From a virus, in the IMG/VR virus record IMGVR_UViG_3300036792_000363, positions 1-64,000 of that record: a stretch of 64,000 nucleotides of DNA. One strand, given 5' to 3'. Position 1 is the first letter of the stretch. Each line of letters starts with the position of its first letter. Positions 7,670 through 16,777 of this stretch are shown one piece after another. Below the pieces are notes generated by a model. That model was not told the DNA's origin. It was given only the letters and a program-made list of their open reading frames with translations, and did not search any database. A program made the position numbers and the translations under genes.

Positions 7670-8659
7670 TCAGCGCGGGCAGGCTGCGCACAGGCGGCCC
7701 ACCTTCGCCCGCGCCATGAGCGCGTCCCTGTCCTTGGCGTACGCGCCCCACCCCCATTTGCGGCGCTCGGGCGGGATGTCCTCGCGCCCCTCCAGCAGAT
7801 CCTCCAGTTCGGCGATGAGCTGCACGCCCTCGTCGTCCCCGAACCACCGGACCAGCCACTCCAGCTCGCCCGGCTTGGCGAACGACCCGCACAGGCACTC
7901 GCCGGACATGTGCAGGATCTCCGACACCGGGTTGACGGGGATGTCGAACCGGGACCGATACAGGTTCATGTCGAGCTTGGTCCACAGCGCCAGCGGGCTC
8001 ACCCACATGATGGAGCGCTCCCGCTCCATCTCCGGCACCTCCGCCCGCCTGGCGCTCTCGTCGCGCCTGCGGCCGGCCACGAACACCACGCGCTCGCGGT
8101 GGGGGTCGGAGATCAGCTCATCGCGCATCGCGTTGAACGACCGCTCCTTGAGCCGCTGGTACATCTTGTAGTGCTGCGCTGGCCCGGGGAACCCGCGCTC
8201 CAGGACCAGGTGCCGGTAGCCGTCGATCACCTTGGGGGCGGATTTCTCCAGCAGCGGCAGCCCGAAGTACCCCGCGGCGGTCTCCCGGACGAACACGCGC
8301 GTGCGGGAGACGCCTATCCCGGTGTTCGCGTGCCCCAGATGCGTCAGGCGGCCCTGCATCAGGTGGGCGAGGGTAGACGAGTCGTTGCCGCCCGAGTACA
8401 TCCCCACCACCCCGGTGATGCGGCGGTAAAGCCGGGCGCGCCCGGTCATGTGCGTCTCGGCTATCCCGATGGCCTGGTCGAGCACCTTGCCCGCCAGGAT
8501 GGCCAGCTCATCAACGCGGGCGTTGCGCTGCGACAGGGTGAGCCTGGCCACCTGGTCCCCGGTCAGCTCCAGGTGCGGCGGCGCGTCCATCCGGAACTGG
8601 AACTTGTGCGTGCTGCCCTTTTGCCCGGTCGTCACAGAGGGTCTATCGACCCGGATCAT
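7670..8659 (-). CDS. Phosphoadenosine phosphosulfate reductase-family (PP-loop) protein
   Basis: SGGNDS PP-loop, HANTG, GRRRDESARR, SPLALWT, SGECLCG and C-terminal CAAC. Confidence 0.85.
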   Translation of the reverse strand: MIRVDRPSVTTGQKGSTHKFQFRMDAPPHLELTGDQVARLTLSQRNARVDELAILAGKVLDQAIGIAETHMTGRARLYRRITGVVGMYSGGNDSSTLAHLMQGRLTHLGHANTGIGVSRTRVFVRETAAGYFGLPLLEKSAPKVIDGYRHLVLERGFPGPAQHYKMYQRLKERSFNAMRDELISDPHRERVVFVAGRRRDESARRAEVPEMERERSIMWVSPLALWTKLDMNLYRSRFDIPVNPVSEILHMSGECLCGSFAKPGELEWLVRWFGDDEGVQLIAELEDLLEGREDIPPERRKWGWGAYAKDRDALMARAKVGRLCAACPR

Positions 8660-9090
8660 CAAGCGGGTATCCCGCGCATCGCGGTCTCGGCGGTCACCCG
8701 CAGCGCCAGGTCCCCGCGCATGACGGCCACCAGGCGCACCACCTCGGGGATGACCGGCGACAGCCGCCAGCTGCCGGGGGAGCTGAAGCGGGGCGCGGCG
8801 GTCCACCACACGTGGCAGTAGGCCTCGTACACGTCCTGCCCGATCATGCCGCGGTGATACCAGTCCTCGGCCCGCTCCATCGAGACATTCGCCAGCCGGC
8901 GGGCGTCGCAGTCATGACAGCCGAGGAAGTGCATGCCGTCGCCCGTCCGGACGTGCCCGGGGAAGAACTCCTCCGCCCGGTAGCAGCGGTCGCACACGGC
9001 CGCCGGCTCGCAGTCCTTGGCGTAGCCCCGGTAAAGCCACAAAGCGGGGTTGAGGCACCCGGAGCGGGTGCACTCGCCTAGCCCGCTCAT
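8659..9090 (-). CDS. Cys-rich hypothetical protein
   Basis: CTRSGC, CDRC and CHDC motifs; TGATG coupling. Confidence 0.6.
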   Translation of the reverse strand: MSGLGECTRSGCLNPALWLYRGYAKDCEPAAVCDRCYRAEEFFPGHVRTGDGMHFLGCHDCDARRLANVSMERAEDWYHRGMIGQDVYEAYCHVWWTAAPRFSSPGSWRLSPVIPEVVRLVAVMRGDLALRVTAETAMRGIPA

Positions 9091-9470
9091 CACGCCTGCT
9101 CCGCGTAATACTGGCCGTCCCGCACGTCGTACCACCGGTCGCCTACCAGGCAGCGCGGGGAGACCGGGGACGGGTCCCGCCACCCGCTGCGGCAGATCTC
9201 GCACAGCTTGTGGTAGTTGGGGTTGTCCCGCAGCCGCTCCGGCGGGAGCCCGGTCACGCGGTCGATCATGTCCCGGGTGAGCGCCAGGGTGTCGTCGTGG
9301 TGCCACAGGTCCCCGGACACCCAGGTCCACTCGCGGCCGAACCTGTCGCGGAACGCGGGGTGCTCCGCCTCCTCGATGGCGCGCAGCCCCGCGCGGGCCT
9401 CCTGCCACTCCGCCAGCAGCCCGCGGACAGCGAGCACGCCCCGGGCGGCCGCCTGGTCATCCGCCGCCAT
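9090..9470 (-). CDS. Hypothetical protein
   Basis: RBS GGAGGGG before MAADDQ. Confidence 0.6.
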   Translation of the reverse strand: MAADDQAAARGVLAVRGLLAEWQEARAGLRAIEEAEHPAFRDRFGREWTWVSGDLWHHDDTLALTRDMIDRVTGLPPERLRDNPNYHKLCEICRSGWRDPSPVSPRCLVGDRWYDVRDGQYYAEQA

Positions 9471-9472
9471 CG

Positions 9473-9907
9473 TCACCCCTCCTGCCCGTGCAGGACCCCG
9501 CACCAGAAGTAGGCGCGGCTCTTGGCCTCGTCGCTCATCGCGGAGTCGAAGATGTGCTTCTGCGCCTTGGCCGTCTCGCTCCCGTCCCCCGGGTCGAACA
9601 CGACCACGGGCACGACGCTGCCCTCCGCGCGGACCCAGGCCAGGCCGCGCGGGCCGTAGGTGACCGGGCAGCCCGTCACGGGCAACTGCGCCCCGCCGTG
9701 GAAGGCGAAGTAGCCGGCCCAGAAGCTGGCATAGCAGCGGTCCTCGTCGCTCAGCTCGGAGCCGCGGATGACGTCGAGCGCCGCCATGGCCCCGTCCAGG
9801 TCGCCGGCGTCGAACTTGGCGATCTCGCGCTCGGTGAAGTCCTCGAAGCAGATCACCCAGCGGCCGATCTGCTGCACCAGGTACGTCATGCTCGGAAGCC
9901 GCGCCAT
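9473..9907 (-). CDS. Hypothetical protein with an internal duplicated helix motif
   Basis: LSDEDRCYASFWAGYF vs MSDEAKSRAYFWCGVL. Confidence 0.7.
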   Translation of the reverse strand: MARLPSMTYLVQQIGRWVICFEDFTEREIAKFDAGDLDGAMAALDVIRGSELSDEDRCYASFWAGYFAFHGGAQLPVTGCPVTYGPRGLAWVRAEGSVVPVVVFDPGDGSETAKAQKHIFDSAMSDEAKSRAYFWCGVLHGQEG

Positions 9908-9908
9908 G

Positions 9909-10289
9909 TCAGTTCCCCTTCGCGCTTGCCAGGGCGGCGCGGCGCCTGGCCACGTCGGCGGTCACCTCGGCCACCACCATGGCGGCGGCCAGGTGCGGGT
10001 TGCGGGCGCTCTTGTCCGTCATCACGACGTCGAGCGGGCGGCCCGACTGCGGCTCGTCGTTCTCGCTGCAGTAGCTGGCCCACAGGAACGTCGGCCACAG
10101 GGCGTCCAGGGAACCGTAGTGCTGCAGCCCGTACCCGATCCAGTAGCCCGCCCCGCCCGGCAGCACGTCCAGGGGCACGAGCACGGCGGGCATGTTGCAG
10201 TCGAACCGCGCGCCCAGCCCGGTGCCCTCCAGCGCCGCCGCCAGCTCCCGGCGGAAATCCTGCTCCAGCTGCTCCTCGAACGGCTCCAT
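9909..10289 (-). CDS. Hypothetical protein
   Basis: RBS GGAGGC, start MEPFEEQ. Confidence 0.6.
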   Translation of the reverse strand: MEPFEEQLEQDFRRELAAALEGTGLGARFDCNMPAVLVPLDVLPGGAGYWIGYGLQHYGSLDALWPTFLWASYCSENDEPQSGRPLDVVMTDKSARNPHLAAAMVVAEVTADVARRRAALASAKGN

Positions 10290-10504
10290 CACGCCTCCTC
10301 GGCCAGGTGGTCGATGTCGTTCTCGTCCGCGCCGAAGCGCGGGATGCTGAAGCCCTCGCGCGAGCCGTTGACGGGCCTGCGGATGGGGGCCCACGCGCCG
10401 CGCGGGTACTCGCCCTGCAGGGTCTCGCCCTCGCGCAGCTCCAGCGGCCTGCGGCGGTGACGCCCGAGCTGCGGTCGGAGTCGGAGTCTCATGGTCATGC
10501 CCAC
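10289..10504 (-). CDS. Hypothetical protein (71 aa)
   Basis: First gene after the class I promoter at 10545. Confidence 0.55.
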   Translation of the reverse strand: MGMTMRLRLRPQLGRHRRRPLELREGETLQGEYPRGAWAPIRRPVNGSREGFSIPRFGADENDIDHLAEEA

Positions 10505-10544
10505 CCCTTCGGTTGCCTGCCTGTGCGGCCAGTCTAGTGATCGT

Positions 10545-10560
10545 CTTGACTGGAGTCAAG
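10545..10560 (-). promoter_or_regulatory. Class I promoter/operator
   Basis: CTTGACTGGAGTCAAG; minus strand TTGACT-N17-TAGACT. Confidence 0.85.
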
Positions 10561-10567
10561 CAAACGG

Positions 10568-10909
10568 TCAGAGCATCACCGCATCGTCGCCCAAGCCGGC
10601 CAGCCGCTTGGCTATCTCGTCGTGCAAGGCAGGCAGGCTCTCCTCCAGGGCGCGGGCTTCCGCCTGCAGCATCGGGCGCATGGACAGCAGGTCGTGGGCG
10701 GCGCTCGGGCTGCCGCTCATCTTCCGGGCCGCGGTCGCCTCCAGGTCCTCGACCCGGGCGTGGATCGCCTCCAGCCGCGACTCCACACGCTGCGCGGACC
10801 GCTGCAGCGCCAGCACGCGCTGCAGCTCGGCCTCGATCCGGCCGTCAGGATGCGGGATCCGCTCGGGCGGCGGCGGGGGTGGTGTCTTGTCCCTGCGGAA
10901 CAGGCCCAT
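10568..10909 (-). CDS. Coiled-coil hypothetical protein
   Basis: MGLFRRDKTPPPPPP followed by a heptad-like helix. Confidence 0.55.
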   Translation of the reverse strand: MGLFRRDKTPPPPPPERIPHPDGRIEAELQRVLALQRSAQRVESRLEAIHARVEDLEATAARKMSGSPSAAHDLLSMRPMLQAEARALEESLPALHDEIAKRLAGLGDDAVML

Positions 10910-11289
10910 CAGAAATGCCACCAGCCCGAGTACCCGTCGGGGATGGCCGGGTAGGTGGCCAGCATCGCGGTCAGCAGCTCCTTGGCCCTCGCCCGCTCGT
11001 CCTCCGGCAGCAGCGACCACAGCGTCCGGCCGTCCCAGCGGGCCGCGCAGTCGCCGCCGTAGCGGCCGTCCGTCCACTTGGCCAGGAAGTCGGCGGCGTC
11101 GACCGGCCCGGGCGCGTGGCCCCACAGCCGCCCCGTGCACGCCGCGGTGACCCCGCTCTTGCGCCGGAACCAGACGGCGGTCACCTCGCACCAGCTGTCG
11201 CCCGACGGGCTGACGCTGGTCACCTTGAAGGTAGCCGGGTCGGCGGCGTAGTACCGCCTCGACGGCTTGAACTCAGCGGTCCTGAACAT
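10909..11289 (-). CDS. Hypothetical protein
   Basis: Start MFRTAEF; Trp-rich. Confidence 0.6.
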   Translation of the reverse strand: MFRTAEFKPSRRYYAADPATFKVTSVSPSGDSWCEVTAVWFRRKSGVTAACTGRLWGHAPGPVDAADFLAKWTDGRYGGDCAARWDGRTLWSLLPEDERARAKELLTAMLATYPAIPDGYSGWWHF

Positions 11290-11737
11290 GAGGGCCCTCC
11301 GCCGTCTTGAAGTAGTCGTCCCAGAACATCGCCTGCGCGTGGAACTCCTCCGCCCAGTCGATCTCGGCGACGGCGCGCGCGGTGCGCTCCCGGCGCTCGG
11401 CCAGGTCGTCCAGCTCGGGGTACCAGTTCGCGGCGGTGTCGCCGAGCACCCAGTCATCCGGGCGCTCCGGCCACGTCACCGCGTCCGACCGGCGCACGGT
11501 CACCAGGCAGCCGTAGGCGCTCAGCAGCAGCGCCCGGCCGTACGCGCCCGACGAGGACAGGAAATGCCGCTCGCGGGGCCACCTGAACTCCCGCTTGCGC
11601 AGCGCGCGCCGCTCCTCGCGGGGCAGCCCGGCCAGGTACTTCGGGTCGTCCCACAGCGCCGGGCGCCACCCGGGGGCGTCGGAGCCCTCCGGGTAGTCGA
11701 TCTCCAGGCTGTAGACGCGGACCTCACTCATGGCCAA
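11273..11737 (-). CDS. Hypothetical protein
   Basis: ORF track; coupled to neighbours. Confidence 0.6.
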   Translation of the reverse strand: MAMSEVRVYSLEIDYPEGSDAPGWRPALWDDPKYLAGLPREERRALRKREFRWPRERHFLSSSGAYGRALLLSAYGCLVTVRRSDAVTWPERPDDWVLGDTAANWYPELDDLAERRERTARAVAEIDWAEEFHAQAMFWDDYFKTAEGPHVQDR

Positions 11738-12206
11738 GCTCGCTGATGCTGATGGTGCCCGCGTCGTCGATGCGCCGGGCCTCGTCGTCGTCCACCACGT
11801 GGTCGGACACGATCCACGCGTACTGGTCGGTCTGGGTGTCGTACGGGCGCAGGCGCACCCGGCCGCCGGACATCTCGGTCACGGCCCCGCCCATCTCGTC
11901 GAGCGGAGGCTGCGCCTTCCAGTCCCAGGTGAACATGCGGGCGGCGGAGCCGCCGCCGGTCACGCGCGCCAGCCAGGCGGCCAGCACCTTCTCGGCCAGC
12001 TCCCGCAGCCCGTTCTCGCTGCCAGCGCGCCAGCGCTTCCCCTCATAGCCGGGCAGCGCGCACGTCATCGCCCAGGGCTCGCCCGGGTGGCTCTTGCTGC
12101 CGTCCCAGGTGTAGGCGAACAGGCGGATGCCGCCGACCTCGCCGTCATGGGACTGCCCGCCCCGGCCGGTCTGGATCCACGAGATGCGGGGCTCAGACGA
12201 CGACAT
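11724..12206 (-). CDS. Hypothetical protein
   Basis: RBS GAGGAGG before MSSSEPR. Confidence 0.6.
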   Translation of the reverse strand: MSSSEPRISWIQTGRGGQSHDGEVGGIRLFAYTWDGSKSHPGEPWAMTCALPGYEGKRWRAGSENGLRELAEKVLAAWLARVTGGGSAARMFTWDWKAQPPLDEMGGAVTEMSGGRVRLRPYDTQTDQYAWIVSDHVVDDDEARRIDDAGTISISELGHE

Positions 12207-12723
12207 TTCCGGCCTCCTCGGCAACCAGGTCGAGCACGGTGCGGTCGCCCAGCGCGCCCAGGGTGAGCTGCGCCGCGTGGCTCGCCGCGTGGCGCGCGCG
12301 AACGACATCCCTGGCCTCCCGCAACGCGGCGTCCGCCGCGTCGTAGGCGTCCTGCGCCCGGCCGAAGTCCTCCTCCGCCTGCAGCGCGGCCAGCTGCGCG
12401 CGCACCGCCTCGGTCACGCCCGCCCGGGCCTCCAGGTCTCGCAGCACGTCGCGCCCGGAATCCAGGATGGCGAGGTAGACGACGGTGTGCATGGTGCGCT
12501 GCGCCACCAGGCGCTGCCGGTACAGCCCGCGCGCGGCGGCCGACAGGTCAGCCCTGCGCGCCAGGTCGCCCGGCGGGATGGCGAGGAACTCGCCCTCGGC
12601 CAGCCAGGTGAGGGTGTGCCAGTCCTCGCGCCCGTCGGGCTTGAGGACGCTGGGCGCGCGCTTGACGTGGGTCGCGGCGCGCAGCGCCTGCAAGATGGCG
12701 ATCTGGTCCTTCGAAAGCTTCAT
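12193..12723 (-). CDS. Hypothetical protein (possible winged-helix N-terminus, coiled-coil C-terminus)
   Basis: MKLSKDQIAILQAL; shared leader upstream. Confidence 0.65.
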   Translation of the reverse strand: MKLSKDQIAILQALRAATHVKRAPSVLKPDGREDWHTLTWLAEGEFLAIPPGDLARRADLSAAARGLYRQRLVAQRTMHTVVYLAILDSGRDVLRDLEARAGVTEAVRAQLAALQAEEDFGRAQDAYDAADAALREARDVVRARHAASHAAQLTLGALGDRTVLDLVAEEAGNVVV

Positions 12724-12769
12724 GGGGTGCCTGCCCTCCGAACTCGGTATGGCACCAGTGTACCAGTCT

Positions 12770-12785
12770 CTTGACTCAAGTCAAG
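12770..12785 (-). promoter_or_regulatory. Class I promoter/operator
   Basis: CTTGACTCAAGTCAAG; minus strand TTGACT-N16-TACACT. Confidence 0.8.
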
Positions 12786-12814
12786 AAACCAGGAGGCTCC
12801 CCAGCTCCTGGTTT
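12786..12814 (-). terminator. Intrinsic terminator
   Basis: AAACCAGGAG ... CTCCTGGTTT stem abutting the operator. Confidence 0.65.
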
Positions 12815-12837
12815 CCTGTGCCGTACCTGCGGTCAGG

Positions 12838-13452
12838 TCAGGGGTCGGTGTGCCACCCGTTCCCGATGATTACCTCGTTGCCCCAGCCACGTTGGCGCCC
12901 GGACCCCCAGAACACCGGGTTGACCCGGTGCGGCGTGTAGGGGTACATCAGGAAGAGGCCGTGGAAGCCCGGGAGCCGGATCACCGACACCTGCTGACGG
13001 CCGCCCGACAGCGGGAGGAACTGAAGAATCCAGTTCTTCCCGGCGTGGTCGGGCCGCACCATCTGCGCGAGGGGCGACCTGCCCGCCTGCCCGATGTCGA
13101 GCCTCGGGTTGGCCGCGCTGGTGCACGCGCCGAAACTGTAGTACTTGACGCAGTGCCACCACTCGTCGATGTCGCGTGGTTCGCAGGGGGCCATATACAA
13201 AAAGCTGCCGGCCTCCGGGTGCGCCACGGTCGAGATGCAGTAGTTGTGGCCCCTGATCAGGCCGCGTATCGCGATGTGGCCATCGGTGAACTCGCCTCGG
13301 GGGCCGGGTCCCTTCGCTGGCGTCGCGGCGGCGGGATGGGCGGCGCGCGGGGCCGTGGTCGCCGCGTTCGCGGTGGTGCCCGCGACCACGAGTCCCGCCA
13401 CCATGACCACGCCGGCGATGGCCGCCAGCAGGCCCGATCTTTTCTTTCTCAT
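12838..13452 (-). CDS. Secreted protein with a Sec signal peptide; possible ricin-B/beta-trefoil lectin-like fold
   Basis: MRKKRSGLLAAIAGVVMVAGLVVAGTTANA signal; spaced Cys and Trp (YCIS...APC...WW). Confidence 0.6.
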   Translation of the reverse strand: MRKKRSGLLAAIAGVVMVAGLVVAGTTANAATTAPRAAHPAAATPAKGPGPRGEFTDGHIAIRGLIRGHNYCISTVAHPEAGSFLYMAPCEPRDIDEWWHCVKYYSFGACTSAANPRLDIGQAGRSPLAQMVRPDHAGKNWILQFLPLSGGRQQVSVIRLPGFHGLFLMYPYTPHRVNPVFWGSGRQRGWGNEVIIGNGWHTDP

Positions 13453-13871
13453 TCCCGATTCTCCTGTTCTCCCGCTCCCCTTCCCTCCAGGTCCTGGAGG
13501 CGTATGGTGATCACTTCCGGCGGCCCGCTCTCCCGCAGCAGCGCCACCAGGGCGTCGCGCAGGCTGTCCACGGCAGAGCGCATAGTCGGGCCGGACCCCG
13601 ACACGAAATGGCCGGCCCCGACCCAGGCGCGGGCGCGCCAGGTGCCGCCCACCCGGGAGACGGCGTAGGGGACGTGCACGAGGGCCCGCTCCGCCTCGCA
13701 CCCGCGCCGGTACATGGCCTGCAGCAGGTGCGCGGCCATCTCGTCCCCGGTGAGGCCAGGATTGTCGTCGCCCCGGACCGCGGACCACGGCACCAGGGGC
13801 TCGCCCGCCGCCACGGACGCGCGGGCGGCCTCCGCAGCGGCGGCGTCCTCCTCGTCCTCGCGGCCGCTCAC
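13449..13871 (-). CDS. Hypothetical protein
   Basis: GTGA coupling. Confidence 0.55.
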   Translation of the reverse strand: MSGREDEEDAAAAEAARASVAAGEPLVPWSAVRGDDNPGLTGDEMAAHLLQAMYRRGCEAERALVHVPYAVSRVGGTWRARAWVGAGHFVSGSGPTMRSAVDSLRDALVALLRESGPPEVITIRLQDLEGRGAGEQENRE

Positions 13872-14113
13872 CGCAGGCTCCGTCGCTTCGGGGCGAGGAT
13901 CGGCACGTAGGGGTCGCCCCACGCGGTGAACCGGACGCAGCCGCCGGCCTCGAAGTAGCGGCGCAGCCCGCGCGCCGGGCCGTGCACCAGCACCAGCGCC
14001 TGGGCGACGGCCAGCTCCCGCAGCGCGGTGACCGCGGCGTCGATCATCTGGTCGGCGCTCAGCCCGTGCTGCGCGATCGAGTCCACCCGGACGTACATGA
14101 CGACCTGTCTCAA
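13868..14113 (-). CDS. Hypothetical protein
   Basis: ORF track, coupled. Confidence 0.5.
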   Translation of the reverse strand: MRQVVMYVRVDSIAQHGLSADQMIDAAVTALRELAVAQALVLVHGPARGLRRYFEAGGCVRFTAWGDPYVPILAPKRRSLR

Positions 14114-14391
14114 TTGAGGCCTGCCCGGGGGCCGATGGCGATGGTGATGGCCACCTCGTAGGCCTGCGCCAGGGCGCAGACGTGATCCACGGCGTCGGCC
14201 AGGATCCGGGCGGGCACGTCTGCCTTGCCGTACCCCGTCATCACGACCGCGCCGTCCTGGCCCTCGTCCAGGAACACGATCGCGCGCACCCCGGGGAACT
14301 GGTCCGCGAGCCGCAGCATGTGCTCGCCCAGCTTGGTCAGGTGGTTGTGGTCCGGGCCCGTGACCTTCCCCCTCGGGTCGTCGTCGGTCAT
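14110..14391 (-). CDS. Hypothetical protein
   Basis: ATGA coupling, start MTDDDPR. Confidence 0.55.
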   Translation of the reverse strand: MTDDDPRGKVTGPDHNHLTKLGEHMLRLADQFPGVRAIVFLDEGQDGAVVMTGYGKADVPARILADAVDHVCALAQAYEVAITIAIGPRAGLN

Positions 14392-14945
14392 GCCCTCACC
14401 CACAATCCGGGGGTCTCGTCAGTCAGCGTCGCCCGGCACTCCCGGCACTCCCAGCCCGACGGCCGGCACCAGGCGATGCGGTCGTGGTGGTAGGGCACGC
14501 CCGCCCGGCGCACGTGCATCATCCCCGGGGCCCACGCGGCGGCGAACGCCGCGCCGTCCCAGTCGCTGGCGATCCGGTGCTGGTGGAACGTCATGCCCAC
14601 GTCCAGCCGGACCTTGAGCGAGGCGTACTCGCGGATGGTGCGCTCGTACAGCCAGGTGGTCTCGGTGCGCTTGGACAGCGGGTCGGCCCCGTCCAGCGCC
14701 CTGCTCAGCCTGGCCAGGTAGTCGTAGGGATTCGACGCGCCCAGCCAGTTGGCGGCCGGGTCGAACAGGTGCGCCAGGTCGGGGTCGGCGCCGGAGAAGC
14801 TGCCAGACGCGTCCGCCGCCCGCCACTCGTCGCCGGGCGCCGCCGCGACGTGCACGGACACCCCGCACAGCGCGCACGGCCTCTCCGGCCCGGCCAGCAC
14901 GCGGGCCGCCTCGGCCGCGTGCAGCTCAGCAAGAAGCGCAGCCAT
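14388..14945 (-). CDS. Hypothetical protein with terminal CxxC motifs
   Basis: CALC near the N-terminus, WECREC near the C-terminus. Confidence 0.6.
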   Translation of the reverse strand: MAALLAELHAAEAARVLAGPERPCALCGVSVHVAAAPGDEWRAADASGSFSGADPDLAHLFDPAANWLGASNPYDYLARLSRALDGADPLSKRTETTWLYERTIREYASLKVRLDVGMTFHQHRIASDWDGAAFAAAWAPGMMHVRRAGVPYHHDRIAWCRPSGWECRECRATLTDETPGLWVRA

Positions 14946-15327
14946 CGGAGCCTCCCTCGAACACCGAGCCGCCCACCGCGTCGCGCAGGACGCGCCGCCG
15001 GTGCTGCCAGGCCGGGTAGCCCTCCAGGCTCTCCCCCGCCTCGAACCGCTCGGCGTAGGCCTTGGCCATCTCCATCAGAGAGGCGATCTCCAGCGCCAGC
15101 AGGCCGCCAGGCCTGCCGCCGCCGCGCCCCATCGGGAAGATGATCGCGTTGGCGGCGGCGTCCAGCGCGGCCTCGGACACCCGGGGGATGACCTGCGTGG
15201 AGTACCGGGACAGCCGGACCGCGGTCACCTCCTCGCCGTCCGCGCTCATGTCCGCGGTCACCAGGTAGGTCCAGCGCTCGCCGTAGCCCATCCCGGCCGT
15301 GTCGTCTCTCACCGATGCCCAGTCCAT
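14926..15327 (-). CDS. Hypothetical protein
   Basis: Start MDWASVR at a TTATG junction. Confidence 0.55.
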   Translation of the reverse strand: MDWASVRDDTAGMGYGERWTYLVTADMSADGEEVTAVRLSRYSTQVIPRVSEAALDAAANAIIFPMGRGGGRPGGLLALEIASLMEMAKAYAERFEAGESLEGYPAWQHRRRVLRDAVGGSVFEGGSDGCASC

Positions 15328-15839
15328 AACCGCGTCATCTCCATCAGGGCGCGGATCCGCGCCTCGGCCTCGGCGACCCGGGCCCCGTCGACCCCGGCGC
15401 TCTTCAGCGCGCCCAGGGCCTCCGCGGCGGGGGTCGGGAATGGCCCGCCCGTCCGCTGCAGCCAGCACACCAGGACGGCCAGGTGGTACGCCGGGTCGTA
15501 GGGCCGCTCCCCGGTCCTGGCACGGCGTACCAGGTCGGAGACGCCCTCGATGGTCAGCCGCTGCCCCAGCGCCAGCAGCGCCAGCATGGCGAACCGCGGG
15601 AACCAGTCGCCCGCCAGCTGCTCGCCGTAGGCGGCGGTGAAGGCCCTGATCTGCAGGAGGTAGACCTCCTTCTCGTCCAGCCAGCCGAGCATGTCGCTCA
15701 GCGCGGCGCCCGTCCACCCGGGCGGGAATCCCAGGTCCTCGGCGGCCATCAGGACGCTCCCCGCCTGCGCTGGCGTCAGCGCCAGCGCCGTCTGCGCGCA
15801 CGCGCTGCGCCTGTCTCCCTGCACCCCTGTTTCCGTCAT
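15309..15839 (-). CDS. Hypothetical protein
   Basis: Shared leader upstream; contains an in-frame TTA overlapping the next ATG. Confidence 0.65.
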   Translation of the reverse strand: MTETGVQGDRRSACAQTALALTPAQAGSVLMAAEDLGFPPGWTGAALSDMLGWLDEKEVYLLQIRAFTAAYGEQLAGDWFPRFAMLALLALGQRLTIEGVSDLVRRARTGERPYDPAYHLAVLVCWLQRTGGPFPTPAAEALGALKSAGVDGARVAEAEARIRALMEMTRLWTGHR

Positions 15840-15883
15840 CGCGCCTGCCTCTCGCTCGGTTACAGGGGGAGCGTATCAGGTGA

Positions 15884-15899
15884 CTTGACTGGAGTAAAG
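15884..15899 (-). promoter_or_regulatory. Class I promoter/operator (variant)
   Basis: CTTGACTGGAGTAAAG; minus strand TTTACT-N17-TACGCT. Confidence 0.7.
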
Positions 15900-15952
15900 A
15901 GAGAGACCCGATCCCCCGGGGTGGCAGGGGACCGGGCCTCTCGATCGGGGGG

Positions 15953-16492
15953 TCAGAACAGCGGGTTCATGTCGTCGCGGTCGCGGATGAGCGCCAGCCG
16001 GACCATGGCGGCCCGGGCGAGCTGGCGGGCCCGGTTCAGGTCAAGCGTCGGGGCGGTCGCCTCGCTGCACTCGGCCAGGTTCCACATGTCCTGCAGGTAC
16101 CCGGCCACCTCGTCCACCACCTGGTCCACGGTGCGGGGCAGGCCGAGGACGTCCGCCGGGTCCACGCCCCGCGCCAGGGCGTTGGCCAGGTCGGCGATCC
16201 GCTGCGCGCGGGCCAGCACCCGGCGCATCGCCTCGATCTCGCGCTCCCCGGCCGACGTCAGCTCGGACGACGACCAGCGGACCACTGCCCGCCCCTCGTC
16301 CGCGTACACCGCCGCGGCGATGCCGTGCACGCAGTAGCCCGGGCGGTTGCCGTCCTCCTCGCTGGTGTAGACGGCGGTCACGTCGACCGGCGCGAGCGCG
16401 GCCACGATCCCCGCGGCGTCCAGGTCGTCCAGGTCCGAGCTGCTCCAGCGGGTGCGCCGGACCCTGATGTCGTAAAGCGGATCGTCCGCCAT
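15953..16492 (-). CDS. Hypothetical protein
   Basis: GAGAGGCAGGCACC-ATG leader. Confidence 0.7.
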   Translation of the reverse strand: MADDPLYDIRVRRTRWSSSDLDDLDAAGIVAALAPVDVTAVYTSEEDGNRPGYCVHGIAAAVYADEGRAVVRWSSSELTSAGEREIEAMRRVLARAQRIADLANALARGVDPADVLGLPRTVDQVVDEVAGYLQDMWNLAECSEATAPTLDLNRARQLARAAMVRLALIRDRDDMNPLF

Positions 16493-16531
16493 GGTGCCTG
16501 CCTCTCGGGAGTTGGAGCGTACTTGGATCGC

Positions 16532-16777
16532 TCAGCCGACCGCGAAGTCGCGCATGACCACGGCCGCGTTCTGGCCCCGCGCCGCGGTGCCGATGACGTC
16601 GCACCGCGCGAAGGACGGCCGCAGCCAGAAGTCCGCGCTCTCGTCCCCGTGCTGCTCGGACGCCAGACGGCGCGCCTGCTGCTCGCTGTCGGCGATGACC
16701 ACGAACCCCCGGGCCTTGTCCAGGTCGAATGAGCGGTCGCTGTTCTGCTGCAGCGCCGCCAACTGGTAGATCTTCAT
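16532..16777 (-). CDS. Hypothetical phage protein (81 aa)
   Basis: Shared leader; GFVVIADSEQQARRLA. Confidence 0.7.
   Translation of the reverse strand: MKIYQLAALQQNSDRSFDLDKARGFVVIADSEQQARRLASEQHGDESADFWLRPSFARCDVIGTAARGQNAAVVMRDFAVG

Noticed and set aside
7670-8659. Dnd/Ssp phosphorothioation system
   Set aside because: Only the PP-loop protein is present; no DndA/B/D/E or Ssp partners
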